Shown here one piece after another: positions 19,022 through 29,232 of a stretch of 64,000 bases of DNA (position 1 is its first letter; every line of letters begins with the position of its first letter). The translations under genes were made by a program, and so were the position numbers. The notes below the pieces were generated by a model. The model was not told where the DNA came from, ran no database searches, and was given only the letters and a program-made list of their open reading frames with translations. Source of the DNA: Candidatus Wolfebacteria bacterium GW2011_GWB1_47_1. Lineage in GTDB: Bacteria > Patescibacteriota > Minisyncoccia > UBA6257 > UBA9933. The stretch lies in NCBI GenBank assembly GCA_001029635.1, contig CP011209.1:286866-350865 (forward strand), given 5' to 3'.

Positions 19022-19387
19022 TTACCTCCTTTCACTGCGTCGCGCTGTGAGAATATCATAATCGACTGAGCAGTTGGTCTTTTCGAGGGTTGTCTGGGAG
19101 TCCTCTGCGCGCCACTTAAGCAGCGTTCCAAGACAGAGGAGTGATAGTCCGACCCAAAGCGCGTCGTATCGGACGCCCACCATGGTGCGGATCCAACTGT
19201 CATCGATTGTTGCAACGGTTACGGGGGTAACCGAACAGCTCATTATGTACATGGTCCCAAGGATCATGCACACGACCCCGATCCCGGCTAAGAGTAGCCC
19301 GAGGCAATAGTGGAAGTTGTTGCGATTTTCTGCTCGCCGCGCCCAGTTGCGCTCTGCTTTTACGATACAATGCATAGCACTCTCCAT
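19022..19387 (-). CDS. Hypothetical small membrane protein
   Basis: Two to three hydrophobic helices. Sits adjacent to and on the same strand as 18714..19019. Confidence 0.35.
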   Translation of the reverse strand: MESAMHCIVKAERNWARRAENRNNFHYCLGLLLAGIGVVCMILGTMYIMSCSVTPVTVATIDDSWIRTMVGVRYDALWVGLSLLCLGTLLKWRAEDSQTTLEKTNCSVDYDILTARRSERR

Positions 19388-19511
19388 ATAGATTTATTAA
19401 ATACTCTGAAATTATTGTACACCTTTTCATCACTATTGTCAATAGATATAATTTGTGGTGTAGTATGGCGGAAAAGCTGAAAAATACAGTATTTTAATCT
19501 ATACTAAAGGA

Positions 19512-20063
19512 ATGATAGAGCACTACACAGAGGCCTTCGTGCTGGACAGGGAGGATTTTAAGGAGCATGACGGCATAGTTCATCTCTATACTGAAGAGTT
19601 GGGTAAGGTGTCGGCGCGAGCGCGGGGGCTAAAGAAAATATTGTCGAAATCAAGCGCACATCTGGAGCCGCTTAATTTTGTTCGGGTAAGACTAATGAGC
19701 ATGAAGAGCGGATACTATCAGATTATCGACGTTATGCCGCATGACACGATCTCGGTACGGGAAAAGAAGAAGGATGTGCGGCGCTGTAGCGTGCTGCTCG
19801 CCATGGCAGAGTTCATTCGGAAGATGACGTATGAATTGCACCCGGATGAGTATCTCTGGGATGTAATGAAGCGACTCGCGGGGGCGGAGGCCGACGAGGG
19901 GGAAATGTACCGGGCGCTCTTGAAGGCATTTGGGTTTGATCCGCAATACGCAACATGTACGGTATGCCAACATCCGGAAGTGAGTCATTTTCTGCACGAT
20001 GATCATGGATTCTATTGTCGTCACTGTGCTTCAAAAATGTCCGCAAATGCGATAGTATTATAA
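19512..20063 (+). CDS. recO: DNA repair protein RecO (compact form)
   Basis: N-terminal OB-fold pattern (IVHLYTEELGKVSARARG...LEPLNFV). C-terminal Cys4 zinc motif CTVCQH...CRHC. Confidence 0.55.
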   Translation: MIEHYTEAFVLDREDFKEHDGIVHLYTEELGKVSARARGLKKILSKSSAHLEPLNFVRVRLMSMKSGYYQIIDVMPHDTISVREKKKDVRRCSVLLAMAEFIRKMTYELHPDEYLWDVMKRLAGAEADEGEMYRALLKAFGFDPQYATCTVCQHPEVSHFLHDDHGFYCRHCASKMSANAIVL

Positions 20064-20068
20064 TATAT

Positions 20069-21892
20069 ATGTCACTGGAAGAACTTGAGAAAAAATTATA
20101 CGGCATCGACCGCAAGGACGATGGAGAAGATCGGGTAGCACCGCAGGTAAAGCACCAAGAAGAACCGAGTGTTCAGACCACATGGGGAGATGATCTGGCG
20201 GGAGAAGATGTGGTTGCGAAAAAAATGGGGAAGGGAACAAGGGCGTTCATTATCAGCTCGATTTTTTTGCTGTTGGGAATTGGAGGAGTTTCGTATTACT
20301 ACATTTCGGAATATTACAAAACGAAGGATCTTCTTTTTGCGGCGCAGACCGAGGATAGCGTTCTGATCGCGCATCCGTTCGAAATAACCGTCGATGTTGA
20401 GAATAGATCGCAGGCGATATTACGTGAGGCAAAGATATTCATAAAGCTTCCGGATGGAGTTATTGGAATAGGAAATGACACGGAACGACAGACGATTGAA
20501 GAAGCGATCGGAGACATGGATCCGGGAGAGGTTCTGGAAAAGACCTACTCCGTAGTGGTTGTAAAGGATGCTGAGTCGACAAAAAAGCTTGACGTAAATT
20601 TTTCGTATCTGCCGCAAAATATCAATACACGCTTTGAGCGGGAAGAAACATTGGAAGTGCATGTGGGAGAGCCGGCAATAGCGCTTGATTTTACGACGCC
20701 ACAAAATGTCTTTAGTACGGAAAACTTTGATATTGGCATGCGCTACCGCAACATTTCCGACATGGAATTTAAGGACGTTGTAGTAAAATTAATCATGCCT
20801 GACAAGGTTGCCCTAAAAAGTGCCTCCCGAGAGCCGGACAGTGGCACCACCTTATGGAAGATAGATGCATTAGCTTCGCAGACAGAACAGATAATAGCGG
20901 TAAAAGCGGCCTTTGAAGGGGCAAATCAGGAATTTTTTGAATTAAGATCACAGGTGGTGGTTTTAGTGAATGGCAAAGAGTACGTGATCAACGAAAAGAC
21001 GGCAAATCTGGGGATAGCGGCATCGCCCTTGAGTCTGGATATCGTTGCGAATAGCAACCCGTCCTACATCGCACGGCCGGCAGAGGCAATTACCTATACG
21101 TTAAAATATAGGAACAATACGGATGTTGCATTAAGCGATGTCATCATGAAGGCGAAGATCAAGGGCGAGATGTTTGACCTCGCGACAGTGCAGAGCCGTG
21201 GGTCGTTTGATTCAGTCACAAACACGCTCATGTGGAACGCATCGGGTGTGCCGGAGTTGAAGCTGATCGAACCGGGGAGAGAGGGGTCGGTGGACTTTGT
21301 CATACAGACCAAAGGTGCGTATCCGATAAAACGAATGTTCGATAAAAACTTTACACTTAAGGTTGATGGGGAGATTAATTCACCGACGGTTCCTTATAAT
21401 GTTGCAAGTGATAAAACGATCGGATTTGCAAGCAATGAAACAAAGGTGAGCGGGAGTATTGGGATTGAAGCGAGAGTTGCGCAGACCTTGGGAGCGCAAG
21501 TTCCAGAGGTAAACAAGCCATTGAAGTATACGGTCACGATGACGATTAAAAACTACGCTACCGATATGCGCGACGTAAGGATAACAAGTTCATTGCAACC
21601 AGGAGTTAGGTGGACTGGAGTTGTAAAGAGCAATAGCGGGGCAGTGCCGACCTATAACGATCGGACAGGCGAGATCAATTGGACAATCGACAAGATTATT
21701 GCGACAAAGGGGGTAATCGGGACGCCTACGGAAGCAACCTTCCAGGTCGAAATAACGCCAAACGTGACGCAGATAGGAGGATCGATCGAAGTGACAAAAG
21801 ATATTAATCTAGTGGCAACGGATGACTTTACCGGTCAAACGGTCTATCAGAATACAAAGGGTCTGCAGGTGGCGGGAGTCATAAAACAATAG
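20069..21892 (+). CDS. Hypothetical large membrane-anchored, beta-rich extracytoplasmic protein
   Basis: ORF track 20015..21892; ATG at 20069. A single TM (AFIISSIFLLLGIGGVSYYYI) is followed by ~520 aa of repetitive beta-strand-like sequence. Confidence 0.5.
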   Translation: MSLEELEKKLYGIDRKDDGEDRVAPQVKHQEEPSVQTTWGDDLAGEDVVAKKMGKGTRAFIISSIFLLLGIGGVSYYYISEYYKTKDLLFAAQTEDSVLIAHPFEITVDVENRSQAILREAKIFIKLPDGVIGIGNDTERQTIEEAIGDMDPGEVLEKTYSVVVVKDAESTKKLDVNFSYLPQNINTRFEREETLEVHVGEPAIALDFTTPQNVFSTENFDIGMRYRNISDMEFKDVVVKLIMPDKVALKSASREPDSGTTLWKIDALASQTEQIIAVKAAFEGANQEFFELRSQVVVLVNGKEYVINEKTANLGIAASPLSLDIVANSNPSYIARPAEAITYTLKYRNNTDVALSDVIMKAKIKGEMFDLATVQSRGSFDSVTNTLMWNASGVPELKLIEPGREGSVDFVIQTKGAYPIKRMFDKNFTLKVDGEINSPTVPYNVASDKTIGFASNETKVSGSIGIEARVAQTLGAQVPEVNKPLKYTVTMTIKNYATDMRDVRITSSLQPGVRWTGVVKSNSGAVPTYNDRTGEINWTIDKIIATKGVIGTPTEATFQVEITPNVTQIGGSIEVTKDINLVATDDFTGQTVYQNTKGLQVAGVIKQ

Positions 21893-21947
21893 AGCTGATA
21901 GGCTCGCCGGTATGGACAAGACCATACAATGGCTGATATAAATAACC

Positions 21948-23345
21948 ATGGAAAAGAAAGAGAATGTAATCGAAAAGCTGGTGTCCTTGGCGAAACGCAG
22001 GGGGTTTATATTCCCGTCCTCGGAGATCTACGGAGGATTTGCCGCGATCTACGATTACGGCCATTATGGTATTCTGCTGAAGAATAACATTCAACAGGCA
22101 TGGTGGAAGGAAATGGTTCAATTGCGTGATGACGTACTGGGGCTCGATAGTGCTATTTTTATGCACCCGACGACCTGGGTGGCGTCAGGCCATGTGGGAG
22201 GATTTGATGACCCGCAGGTGGATTGTCGCAAGTGTAAGGCACGCATGCGCGCAGATCATATGCTCGAAGCATTCGACATCAATGCGGATAAGGCACCGAT
22301 CGACTTCATCAATAAAGAGCTGGATAAGCTGCGGGAAGCGGGAAAGCTGAAGTGTATTAACTGTGGCTCGACCGACCTGACGCCGGCGAAACAGTTTTCG
22401 TTGATGGTAAAGTCAAACATCGGTTCGCCGACGGACGCACTTTCGGAAGACAATGTGGTATATCTCCGTCCGGAAACATGCGGAGGCATCTATCTCGAAT
22501 ACAAGAATACGATGGACTCGCTCCATCCAAGTTTGCCGTTTGGTATTGCGCAGGTAGGTAAGGCGTTTCGTAATGAGATCGTCGCACGCCAGTTCATATT
22601 CCGTACTCGAGAATTTGAGCAAATGGAAATGCAGTATTTCCTGCACCCGCGTGATATGGAGACGAGCTATAAAATGTGGCAACAGACCCGATGGGATTGG
22701 TACCTCAAGTATGGCATCCCTGTAGACAAGTTGCGCTGGTACAAGCACGAAAAGTTGGCTCACTACGCATCGGAAGCATACGACATCGAATTCAATTTTC
22801 GTTCATTGGGCGGATTCAAAGAAGTCGAGGGTATTCATGCGCGCGGAGACTGGGATCTTTCGCAGCACTCTAAGTATTCGGGCGTGACGCTTGATTACTT
22901 CGATCAGGAGCGTAATGAGCGCTTTGTGCCGCACATCATGGAAACGTCGACCGGGCTTAATCGCCAGTTGTTGATGTTCCTCGATAACGCATACACCGAA
23001 GAAGCGGTGGGCGAGGGCGAGATCCGCACCGTGCTCAAGTTCGACAAGCGCTTGGCGCCGATCAAGATCGCCGTCTTTCCGTTGTTAAAGAATCGACCGG
23101 AGCTGGTCGAAAAGGCAAATGCACTCTATAAGGCATTGCGCGAAGATTGGATGGTCGAGTTCGACGACAGCGGCAACATCGGCAAGCGATACCGCCGACA
23201 GGACGAGATCGGGACCCCGTATTGCATTACCGTGGACTTCGATTCATTAGAAGATGATACTGTCACCGTTCGCGACCGCGATACAATGGAGCAGAAGCGC
23301 ATCAAGATCGACGAGCTAAAACCATTCTTCAAGGAGAATCTGTAA
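21948..23345 (+). CDS. glyQS: Glycine--tRNA ligase (class II, alpha2 dimer type)
   Basis: Full-length class II aaRS motifs and a C-terminal anticodon-binding domain. Typical GlyRS N-terminus FIFPSSEIYGG. Confidence 0.9.
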   Translation: MEKKENVIEKLVSLAKRRGFIFPSSEIYGGFAAIYDYGHYGILLKNNIQQAWWKEMVQLRDDVLGLDSAIFMHPTTWVASGHVGGFDDPQVDCRKCKARMRADHMLEAFDINADKAPIDFINKELDKLREAGKLKCINCGSTDLTPAKQFSLMVKSNIGSPTDALSEDNVVYLRPETCGGIYLEYKNTMDSLHPSLPFGIAQVGKAFRNEIVARQFIFRTREFEQMEMQYFLHPRDMETSYKMWQQTRWDWYLKYGIPVDKLRWYKHEKLAHYASEAYDIEFNFRSLGGFKEVEGIHARGDWDLSQHSKYSGVTLDYFDQERNERFVPHIMETSTGLNRQLLMFLDNAYTEEAVGEGEIRTVLKFDKRLAPIKIAVFPLLKNRPELVEKANALYKALREDWMVEFDDSGNIGKRYRRQDEIGTPYCITVDFDSLEDDTVTVRDRDTMEQKRIKIDELKPFFKENL

Positions 23346-23357
23346 GGTTTGGAAAAG

Positions 23358-23390
23358 AAAAAAGCCCCGCATCTGCGGGGCTTTTTTTGA
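23358..23390 (+). terminator. Rho-independent terminator after glyQS
   Basis: gccccgca-tct-gcggggc followed by T7. Confidence 0.7.
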
Positions 23391-23400
23391 GTCTGTGGTG

Positions 23401-23438
23401 TTTTACTTTTATCTGACGGTCGTCAGATAAAAGTAAAA
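23401..23438. promoter_or_regulatory. 38-bp near-perfect AT-rich palindrome (candidate operator)
   Basis: ttttacttttatctgacg-gt-cgtcagataaaagtaaaa. 18-bp arms with a 2-bp spacer. Confidence 0.5.
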
Positions 23439-23572
23439 TATAAGACGCAATGAATGATTGCAGGTAAAGCCCCTGCTCTTGCGAACAAGAGCTTTTTGAC
23501 AGCAATAGGGGAGCGTGATAGGGTGGCGATAGATATAATTAATAAGAGAATAGGGGAAAACGGAGGTTACAT

Positions 23573-24322
23573 ATGCCACCAAAAGTGTCTGATTTTTTGC
23601 AGGGAGTGCGTAACTGTCCGCCCGAGATCATTCCGTGGCAGTGCGGTAACTGCTCCGTGATGGATAGGCGAAACGATCAGTATCGTGATTCACTCAAGCC
23701 GCGATGCGCAGAACCGAACTTCAGGGGGAATGCGGTACTCAAGGGAGTGAATGACAAAGGTGGGTTTGATCATGAAAACATTCGGATTGCCCTGAATCCC
23801 TCGTTTGCGCCGCCGTTCTACTGCGTATGCGGAAAGAGCACGGTAATGGTCACATTTATGCAGATAGACAAATGGCACTTCCCGCAGATGAAGTTGTCAT
23901 GCACATGTGGCAGAAGTAAGACAATCATCGTGAATACGAAGAACACTGACCTTGCTGGTCCGTGGATTGGGATGCATTCGCGACGAGACGAATTTGACCT
24001 TGATCCGGATGTAAATGCGCGGTACGGACAGGCATTGTCGTGCCGGTGTGGAAGAAAGCGTCTGCGCGTATACTATGAGCGCGGCGGGGTGGCGTTTTTT
24101 CCACGAGAAGGAGAAACGATCGTGCTGTATTGTAGTCGATGTCGGCAATGGAAGAAGATCATCATCGGCACCGACATTGACGCATCGGATCCATGGCTTT
24201 GCGCGGAGATGCAAGAACGGAGAGTAGAAATCATCGTGCGAATCTCAGCCGACATGTGTCCCGACGTACGGAAGCCAGGAGAAGGAGAGACGGTATTCGT
24301 TGTCCCGCTGGTAGAAAAATGA
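23573..24322 (+). CDS. Hypothetical Cys-rich protein with repeated C-x-C-G / C-x2-C modules
   Basis: Four or five repeats, each about 40 aa, carrying CxCG..CxxC-like pairs. No family recognised. Confidence 0.4.
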   Translation: MPPKVSDFLQGVRNCPPEIIPWQCGNCSVMDRRNDQYRDSLKPRCAEPNFRGNAVLKGVNDKGGFDHENIRIALNPSFAPPFYCVCGKSTVMVTFMQIDKWHFPQMKLSCTCGRSKTIIVNTKNTDLAGPWIGMHSRRDEFDLDPDVNARYGQALSCRCGRKRLRVYYERGGVAFFPREGETIVLYCSRCRQWKKIIIGTDIDASDPWLCAEMQERRVEIIVRISADMCPDVRKPGEGETVFVVPLVEK

Positions 24323-24452
24323 TAGAAATATTGCACAGCCCCGGATTTCCGGGGCTTTTTCATTATGTACGTCATCCGATGACGTACACATGATTCACGT
24401 CACATACCTACTGCAAAAAGTGAGGGCGTGCGTATATTAAATAGGAGATGTT

Positions 24453-24890
24453 TTGATAAATGTCCTAACGGGGTATACTATAGCTATGGAGCTCGACCGC
24501 ACAATATTCAAAGCCTACGACATTCGAGGTAAATATCCGGAGCAGATCAATACGGAGGCGGTAAAAAAGGCTATTCCGGCGATCGTGCGGGCAATAGGAG
24601 CGGGAAGTGGGGTAAAAACCCTCATTTTGGGACATGATGCCCGATTGAGCTCACCTGAGCTCTATCAAGCCTGTAGGGAGGCCCTGGGGGCTGAAAAGGA
24701 TATCCAGGTGGTGCCAGTGGGTCTAATCACAACGCCAATGCTCTATTTTTTGGTAAATACGCACAAAGCTGCGGGAGGCATTACGGTAACCGCTTCGCAT
24801 AATCCAAAAGAGTATAACGGGCTCAAGATGGTCCGAGAGCAAGCGATCCCAGTAAGCGGGAAGGATGTGTTGAAAGAATTATATCAATAA
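24453..24890 (+). CDS. Phosphohexomutase (PGM/PMM) domain-I-only protein, probably a truncated fragment
   Basis: Active-site GITVTASHNPKEYNGLK is present. The ORF stops after about 145 aa and an unrelated gene follows. Confidence 0.5.
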   Translation: MINVLTGYTIAMELDRTIFKAYDIRGKYPEQINTEAVKKAIPAIVRAIGAGSGVKTLILGHDARLSSPELYQACREALGAEKDIQVVPVGLITTPMLYFLVNTHKAAGGITVTASHNPKEYNGLKMVREQAIPVSGKDVLKELYQ

Positions 24891-24899
24891 AATCCATAT

Positions 24900-25676
24900 A
24901 TGGAATCAATACCAGGAAAAAGTGAAAAAGGAGAAAGCAACGAAGAAAAATTTGAAAGACTTTCTCGGTTGGTTGAGCAAACAGACTTAACGCAGTTCGC
25001 AGAAGAAAATGAAAGGGGGTTAATGCAACGGGCGGAGCAGTCCGCAATTGCGTTGATCAGGCAGTCGGAGGGTGATCCACACATTTTTTTAACCTTATTA
25101 AAAAGTTTTGACCCAGAATTGGAAGTTATTAGAGATTCTGCATTCATGGAGGCGGTAAAAGAAATAAGCGGGTTTGCGGGTGCAGCGTTTATAGAGAAGA
25201 AGACGATCGAAAAAGTGAAGGAGATTCTGCAAACAATACTGGAACATTTACGGTTGGGGAATGCGGAAGGTCTGAGCGAGGATTTAAAGAAGCCAGTAGA
25301 GAAATTTTTAAAGTCGCCAAAAGGAATAGATTATTTTATTGATAAATTTCAAGCAGGGCTAGACCAGTTGGAGGGTTTAAAAATCGCCATAGTGTTTCCT
25401 ACGGAGAGCAAAGAGAATATACGGTTGCTATATCATGAAGGGATCCATGCAGTCCAGGATGCGGTCGGATTTTACCCGACAAGAATGATGAAGGCGACGA
25501 TGGTGGCAAAAGATTCGAAAGAGTATATGCGGCTAAAATATTTACTCGAACTGCAAGATAATAAAGTGATAATCGAGGCGCAAAAGAGCGGGCTGATCAA
25601 AATATCAGAAAGAGGTATATTAACCGAGCTGGAAGCATTTCGGCTAAATTTAGACGAAATAAAAAAGAATTTGTAA
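24900..25676 (+). CDS. Hypothetical acidic protein
   Basis: 258-aa ORF with no recognisable motif. Confidence 0.35.
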   Translation: MESIPGKSEKGESNEEKFERLSRLVEQTDLTQFAEENERGLMQRAEQSAIALIRQSEGDPHIFLTLLKSFDPELEVIRDSAFMEAVKEISGFAGAAFIEKKTIEKVKEILQTILEHLRLGNAEGLSEDLKKPVEKFLKSPKGIDYFIDKFQAGLDQLEGLKIAIVFPTESKENIRLLYHEGIHAVQDAVGFYPTRMMKATMVAKDSKEYMRLKYLLELQDNKVIIEAQKSGLIKISERGILTELEAFRLNLDEIKKNL

Positions 25677-25680
25677 GCTA

Positions 25681-26370
25681 ATGAAGGAGTTTTATAAGAA
25701 AATAGAAAAAGATTTTACTCAATTAATTGGGACGAATAACCTATTTCAGGCGTACCTTTTTTTCGGAGAAGATGAGGAGGCGATTATGGAATTTTCCCGC
25801 AGGCTCGCGCATGCGTTGGAATATAAAACATTTGAGACGGATGAAAAGTTCCTAAATGATTTTGTCGAAGTGCATCCGCTGGAAAAGGAGAGTATTGGTA
25901 TTAACGAGGTGAGAACTGTTCAAAGATTCCTCTATCAAAAGCCGACAGTCTCATCTCGTCGCATGGTTGTGCTCTATCCGGCTGACACAATAACGGACGA
26001 GGGGCAAAGCGCCCTGCTAAAGATAATCGAAGAGCCACCTAGGGATGCGTTGATTATCCTCATTGCACATGCGGCGGACAATGTGCTTCCGACAATAGCA
26101 TCGCGCGTGCACGAAGTGTATTTCGCGATGGAAGGATCAAAAATAGAAGCGGGAGACTTTTTCTCCGAAACGCTCGGGGGATTACGAAAGAATCTCGAAA
26201 AGAACAGTGCGCTTGCGCACGAGATCATTCGGAGAAAGATGGCATTGGATCGGTATAATTTGAACAAACCACTACAGATGCGTCTTTTGGAAGGCTATGC
26301 CGAGCAATATGGAATCGCAAAGAAGGCAAAAGAAGTTGTTAAAAAAAGAATCACGAGGAAAAGCAGTTAA
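25681..26370 (+). CDS. holB: DNA polymerase III delta-prime-like subunit
   Basis: QSALLKIIEEPP and LPTIASRVHEVYF motifs typical of clamp-loader delta'. Confidence 0.6.
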   Translation: MKEFYKKIEKDFTQLIGTNNLFQAYLFFGEDEEAIMEFSRRLAHALEYKTFETDEKFLNDFVEVHPLEKESIGINEVRTVQRFLYQKPTVSSRRMVVLYPADTITDEGQSALLKIIEEPPRDALIILIAHAADNVLPTIASRVHEVYFAMEGSKIEAGDFFSETLGGLRKNLEKNSALAHEIIRRKMALDRYNLNKPLQMRLLEGYAEQYGIAKKAKEVVKKRITRKSS

Positions 26371-26424
26371 GAAAAAAGCGGCACACCCGAGGGTGTGCCA
26401 TTGTGCGCCGTAGAATGACGACGG

Positions 26425-27399
26425 CTACTGTTCGATGTTGGCGATTGCGCGCAACTGATCCGTACGACCAGCGAGGATGCTGTTGATCATATACCGCTGG
26501 TCGCCATTGTTAAGATCGATGAGTATATCCAGGAGTTGTGGTGTTGAGAGATGCGCGTACCTTCTGGAAAGAAGGAGGTTGAACCAGTTGACCGCATCGG
26601 ATTGCCCCCGTTGTTCTGCGCATCTCAGCCAGTACTCGATCGTTGCGATCGAAAGGGGACACTGCTCGAGTTTTTGGAGACAGGCCTTCCGTGTCCCCTC
26701 GAACTCAGTCTCGGTTAGAAGAATTAAAAACGTTTCGCCGGCTGATATATGAGTGGCGTCGATAAACGTAACTTCTCGCAACTCAGCACCCTCAATCGTA
26801 CGGAAGAAGCTACGAAGGACGTCCACGGCGAGATCTTCGATCTGTGCGGCAGCTACTGCAAAGATGAGCTTCGTATCCATAATTACGGTTTCAGTGATCA
26901 ACTCATGGAGTTGTTCAACCGGGATCGGGTGGCAGACGATTGCCGCGGCAATTTCTTGCCCGTAGCCGTTGCATAGATGTGATTGAAACAGATTGATCAG
27001 AAGTGGCTGATGTCTTTGATCCTGCGCCAGGTGGCAGAGTACATGCGTTACTACTTCGGCACTTGCTTTCTCGAGGAACGCGCAGAGGTTATTTTGGCTA
27101 AAGTCTTTGTGCCGTAGGAGTGCGTCACCGAGTAGGTCCCCGTGATCAAAGTAGTGGGTTTTCGGAAGAATGACGAAGAGAGCTCGAAGTGTAAAGTCCT
27201 TGTGGTGGACGAACACATTAAGCCCGCGGCGCAATGCCGTTGCATCGGTGATCCTGTCGAGGACGAATAGGAGATCGTCAATGGAAGAGATCCTCCTGAG
27301 CGTTGCGCAGAATTGCGCGCGGTTGAGATTACGCCCATTGACGAGTACCGCCAATGCCATATACTTCTGCCTAGCCTGCTGGTCCATAGATCCTCCCAT
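26425..27399 (-). CDS. Hypothetical helical-repeat protein
   Basis: 324-aa Leu-rich ORF. No family recognised. Confidence 0.35.
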   Translation of the reverse strand: MGGSMDQQARQKYMALAVLVNGRNLNRAQFCATLRRISSIDDLLFVLDRITDATALRRGLNVFVHHKDFTLRALFVILPKTHYFDHGDLLGDALLRHKDFSQNNLCAFLEKASAEVVTHVLCHLAQDQRHQPLLINLFQSHLCNGYGQEIAAAIVCHPIPVEQLHELITETVIMDTKLIFAVAAAQIEDLAVDVLRSFFRTIEGAELREVTFIDATHISAGETFLILLTETEFEGTRKACLQKLEQCPLSIATIEYWLRCAEQRGQSDAVNWFNLLLSRRYAHLSTPQLLDILIDLNNGDQRYMINSILAGRTDQLRAIANIEQ

Positions 27400-27565
27400 A
27401 AATAGTTATGATGTGTTGTGAATGCTTCTGACTTAGTAGTACATTAATGTAAGATATTTGTCAAAGAAAATAAATCGCATGCGCTTTGATTTTTCCCCAA
27501 AACAACGCTATTATGGAGGAAATAAATACGGTATATTAGTAATTAGAAATTAGGCATTAGAAATT

Positions 27566-28120
27566 TTGGACATGGATATTATCAAGGAATTGGAACAAAA
27601 AATGACAAGTCTAGTGGAATTTCTTCGACAGGAGCTGATGGGTGTGAGATCGAACCGACCATCTCCGCGGCTCGTGGAAGATATTCCGGTCGAGGTATAT
27701 GGGCAACGCATGACCGTTCGCCAGGTGGGAGCAATTAGTATTCAGCCGCCAAGCTCGATCCTGATCTCGGTATGGGATAAAGATGTGGTTAATACCGTCG
27801 CCAAGGCGATCGAATCGTCTAATTTGAATGTGGTAGCCAATACGGATGGAACAACGATCCGCATCAACCTGCCGGCACTCACTGATGAGCGTCGTCAGCA
27901 GATCATTAAGATGGTCAAGAAGGAGGTTGAAGAAGCGAAGATAAAGGTTCGATCGCTGCGTGATGACGAGAATAAGCGCGTTGCACGCGAGGCGGAAGAG
28001 GGTAATCTGACGGAAGACGAGAAGTTTAAGCTCAAAGAGCAGATCCAGGAGGTTGTCGATCGAGGGAATAAGGAACTTGATCAATTACTCGAAAAGAAGA
28101 TCGTTGAGATCAACGAATGA
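27566..28120 (+). CDS. frr: Ribosome recycling factor
   Basis: Full-length RRF signature (VRSNRPSP..LVEDIPVEVYG...ISVWDKD...). Confidence 0.9.
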   Translation: MDMDIIKELEQKMTSLVEFLRQELMGVRSNRPSPRLVEDIPVEVYGQRMTVRQVGAISIQPPSSILISVWDKDVVNTVAKAIESSNLNVVANTDGTTIRINLPALTDERRQQIIKMVKKEVEEAKIKVRSLRDDENKRVAREAEEGNLTEDEKFKLKEQIQEVVDRGNKELDQLLEKKIVEINE

Positions 28121-28173
28121 CAATGGACGGGCACATGCCCGTCTCTTGGTTTATACACTAACACCTACATACC

Positions 28174-29205
28174 ATGCTGAGCGCAATAACTATCATTATC
28201 TTTCTTTCAATACTCATTCTCATTCATGAGCTAGGGCACTTTTTGCTCGCAAAACGATTTGGATTATTTGTGGGGGAATTTGGCCTGGGGTTGCCACCGC
28301 GCGCGTGGGGAAAGAAAATTGGTGAGACCATGTATAGTATTAACTGGCTACCGTTTGGGGGATACGTCAAAATAGCAGGGGAAGATGGCGATGATGAGGT
28401 TGATAAAAAGGTTCCTCATGATCGCATCTTCTATAATATTGCCCCATGGAAGCGATTTCTTATTCTGGTAGGAGGAGTGGGGGTAAATTTTCTGTTCGGA
28501 TGGATGCTATTGTCGATCGTGTTTATGATCGGGGTGAAGCCGGGAGTATTCATCAGTCAGGTGCAGGAGGGTGGTCCGGCAAGCGTTGCGGGGCTACAGA
28601 AAAACGACCGATTGGTTGAATTTACAAAATCAGATGAGTTTGTATCGTATGCGAAGATCCACGCGGGAGAGGCGATCACACTGAGAGTTGCCCGCGGTGA
28701 TGGCGAGATAGAGTTGCAGATGACCCCGCGGAAGGATCCTCCGGCGGGGCAAGGGCCGCTGGGAGTCGTGCTGGGAGAGGCAATGGGGCGCCAACAATTG
28801 GGACTTATAGCAGCAGCAAAAGAGGGATTTATCGAATCAATTGATATTGTCAAAGGGACGTTCAAGGGGATTAGTTCCCTGATTGGTGCGACGTTTGTTG
28901 GGAAGGGAAGTTTGGAAGGAGTCGCCGGACCGATCGGCATCGTAAAGATAACAGTGGATGCGAGCGAGGCAGGATTCATCTATGTTCTGAGTCTCATGGC
29001 CTTGATCTCGATTAATTTGGCGGCATTTAACATTTTGCCGTTCCCGGCGCTTGATGGCGGACGAGTGCTATTTCTTATAATTGAAAAGATAAAGGGATCG
29101 CCATTGCCAAAAAAGTTCGAGCAATACGCAAATGGCATTGGCTTACTGCTGCTCTTGGGACTGATTCTTGTGGTGAGTGTAAAAGACGTGATTAGAATTT
29201 TTTGA
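28174..29205 (+). CDS. rseP: Site-2 protease / RseP-family zinc metalloprotease (M50)
   Basis: HELGHF HExxH motif within a TM helix, PDZ domain, and LPFPALDGGRVLF. Confidence 0.85.
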   Translation: MLSAITIIIFLSILILIHELGHFLLAKRFGLFVGEFGLGLPPRAWGKKIGETMYSINWLPFGGYVKIAGEDGDDEVDKKVPHDRIFYNIAPWKRFLILVGGVGVNFLFGWMLLSIVFMIGVKPGVFISQVQEGGPASVAGLQKNDRLVEFTKSDEFVSYAKIHAGEAITLRVARGDGEIELQMTPRKDPPAGQGPLGVVLGEAMGRQQLGLIAAAKEGFIESIDIVKGTFKGISSLIGATFVGKGSLEGVAGPIGIVKITVDASEAGFIYVLSLMALISINLAAFNILPFPALDGGRVLFLIIEKIKGSPLPKKFEQYANGIGLLLLLGLILVVSVKDVIRIF

Positions 29206-29232
29206 TAAAAATCCCCGATTGATCGGGGATTT

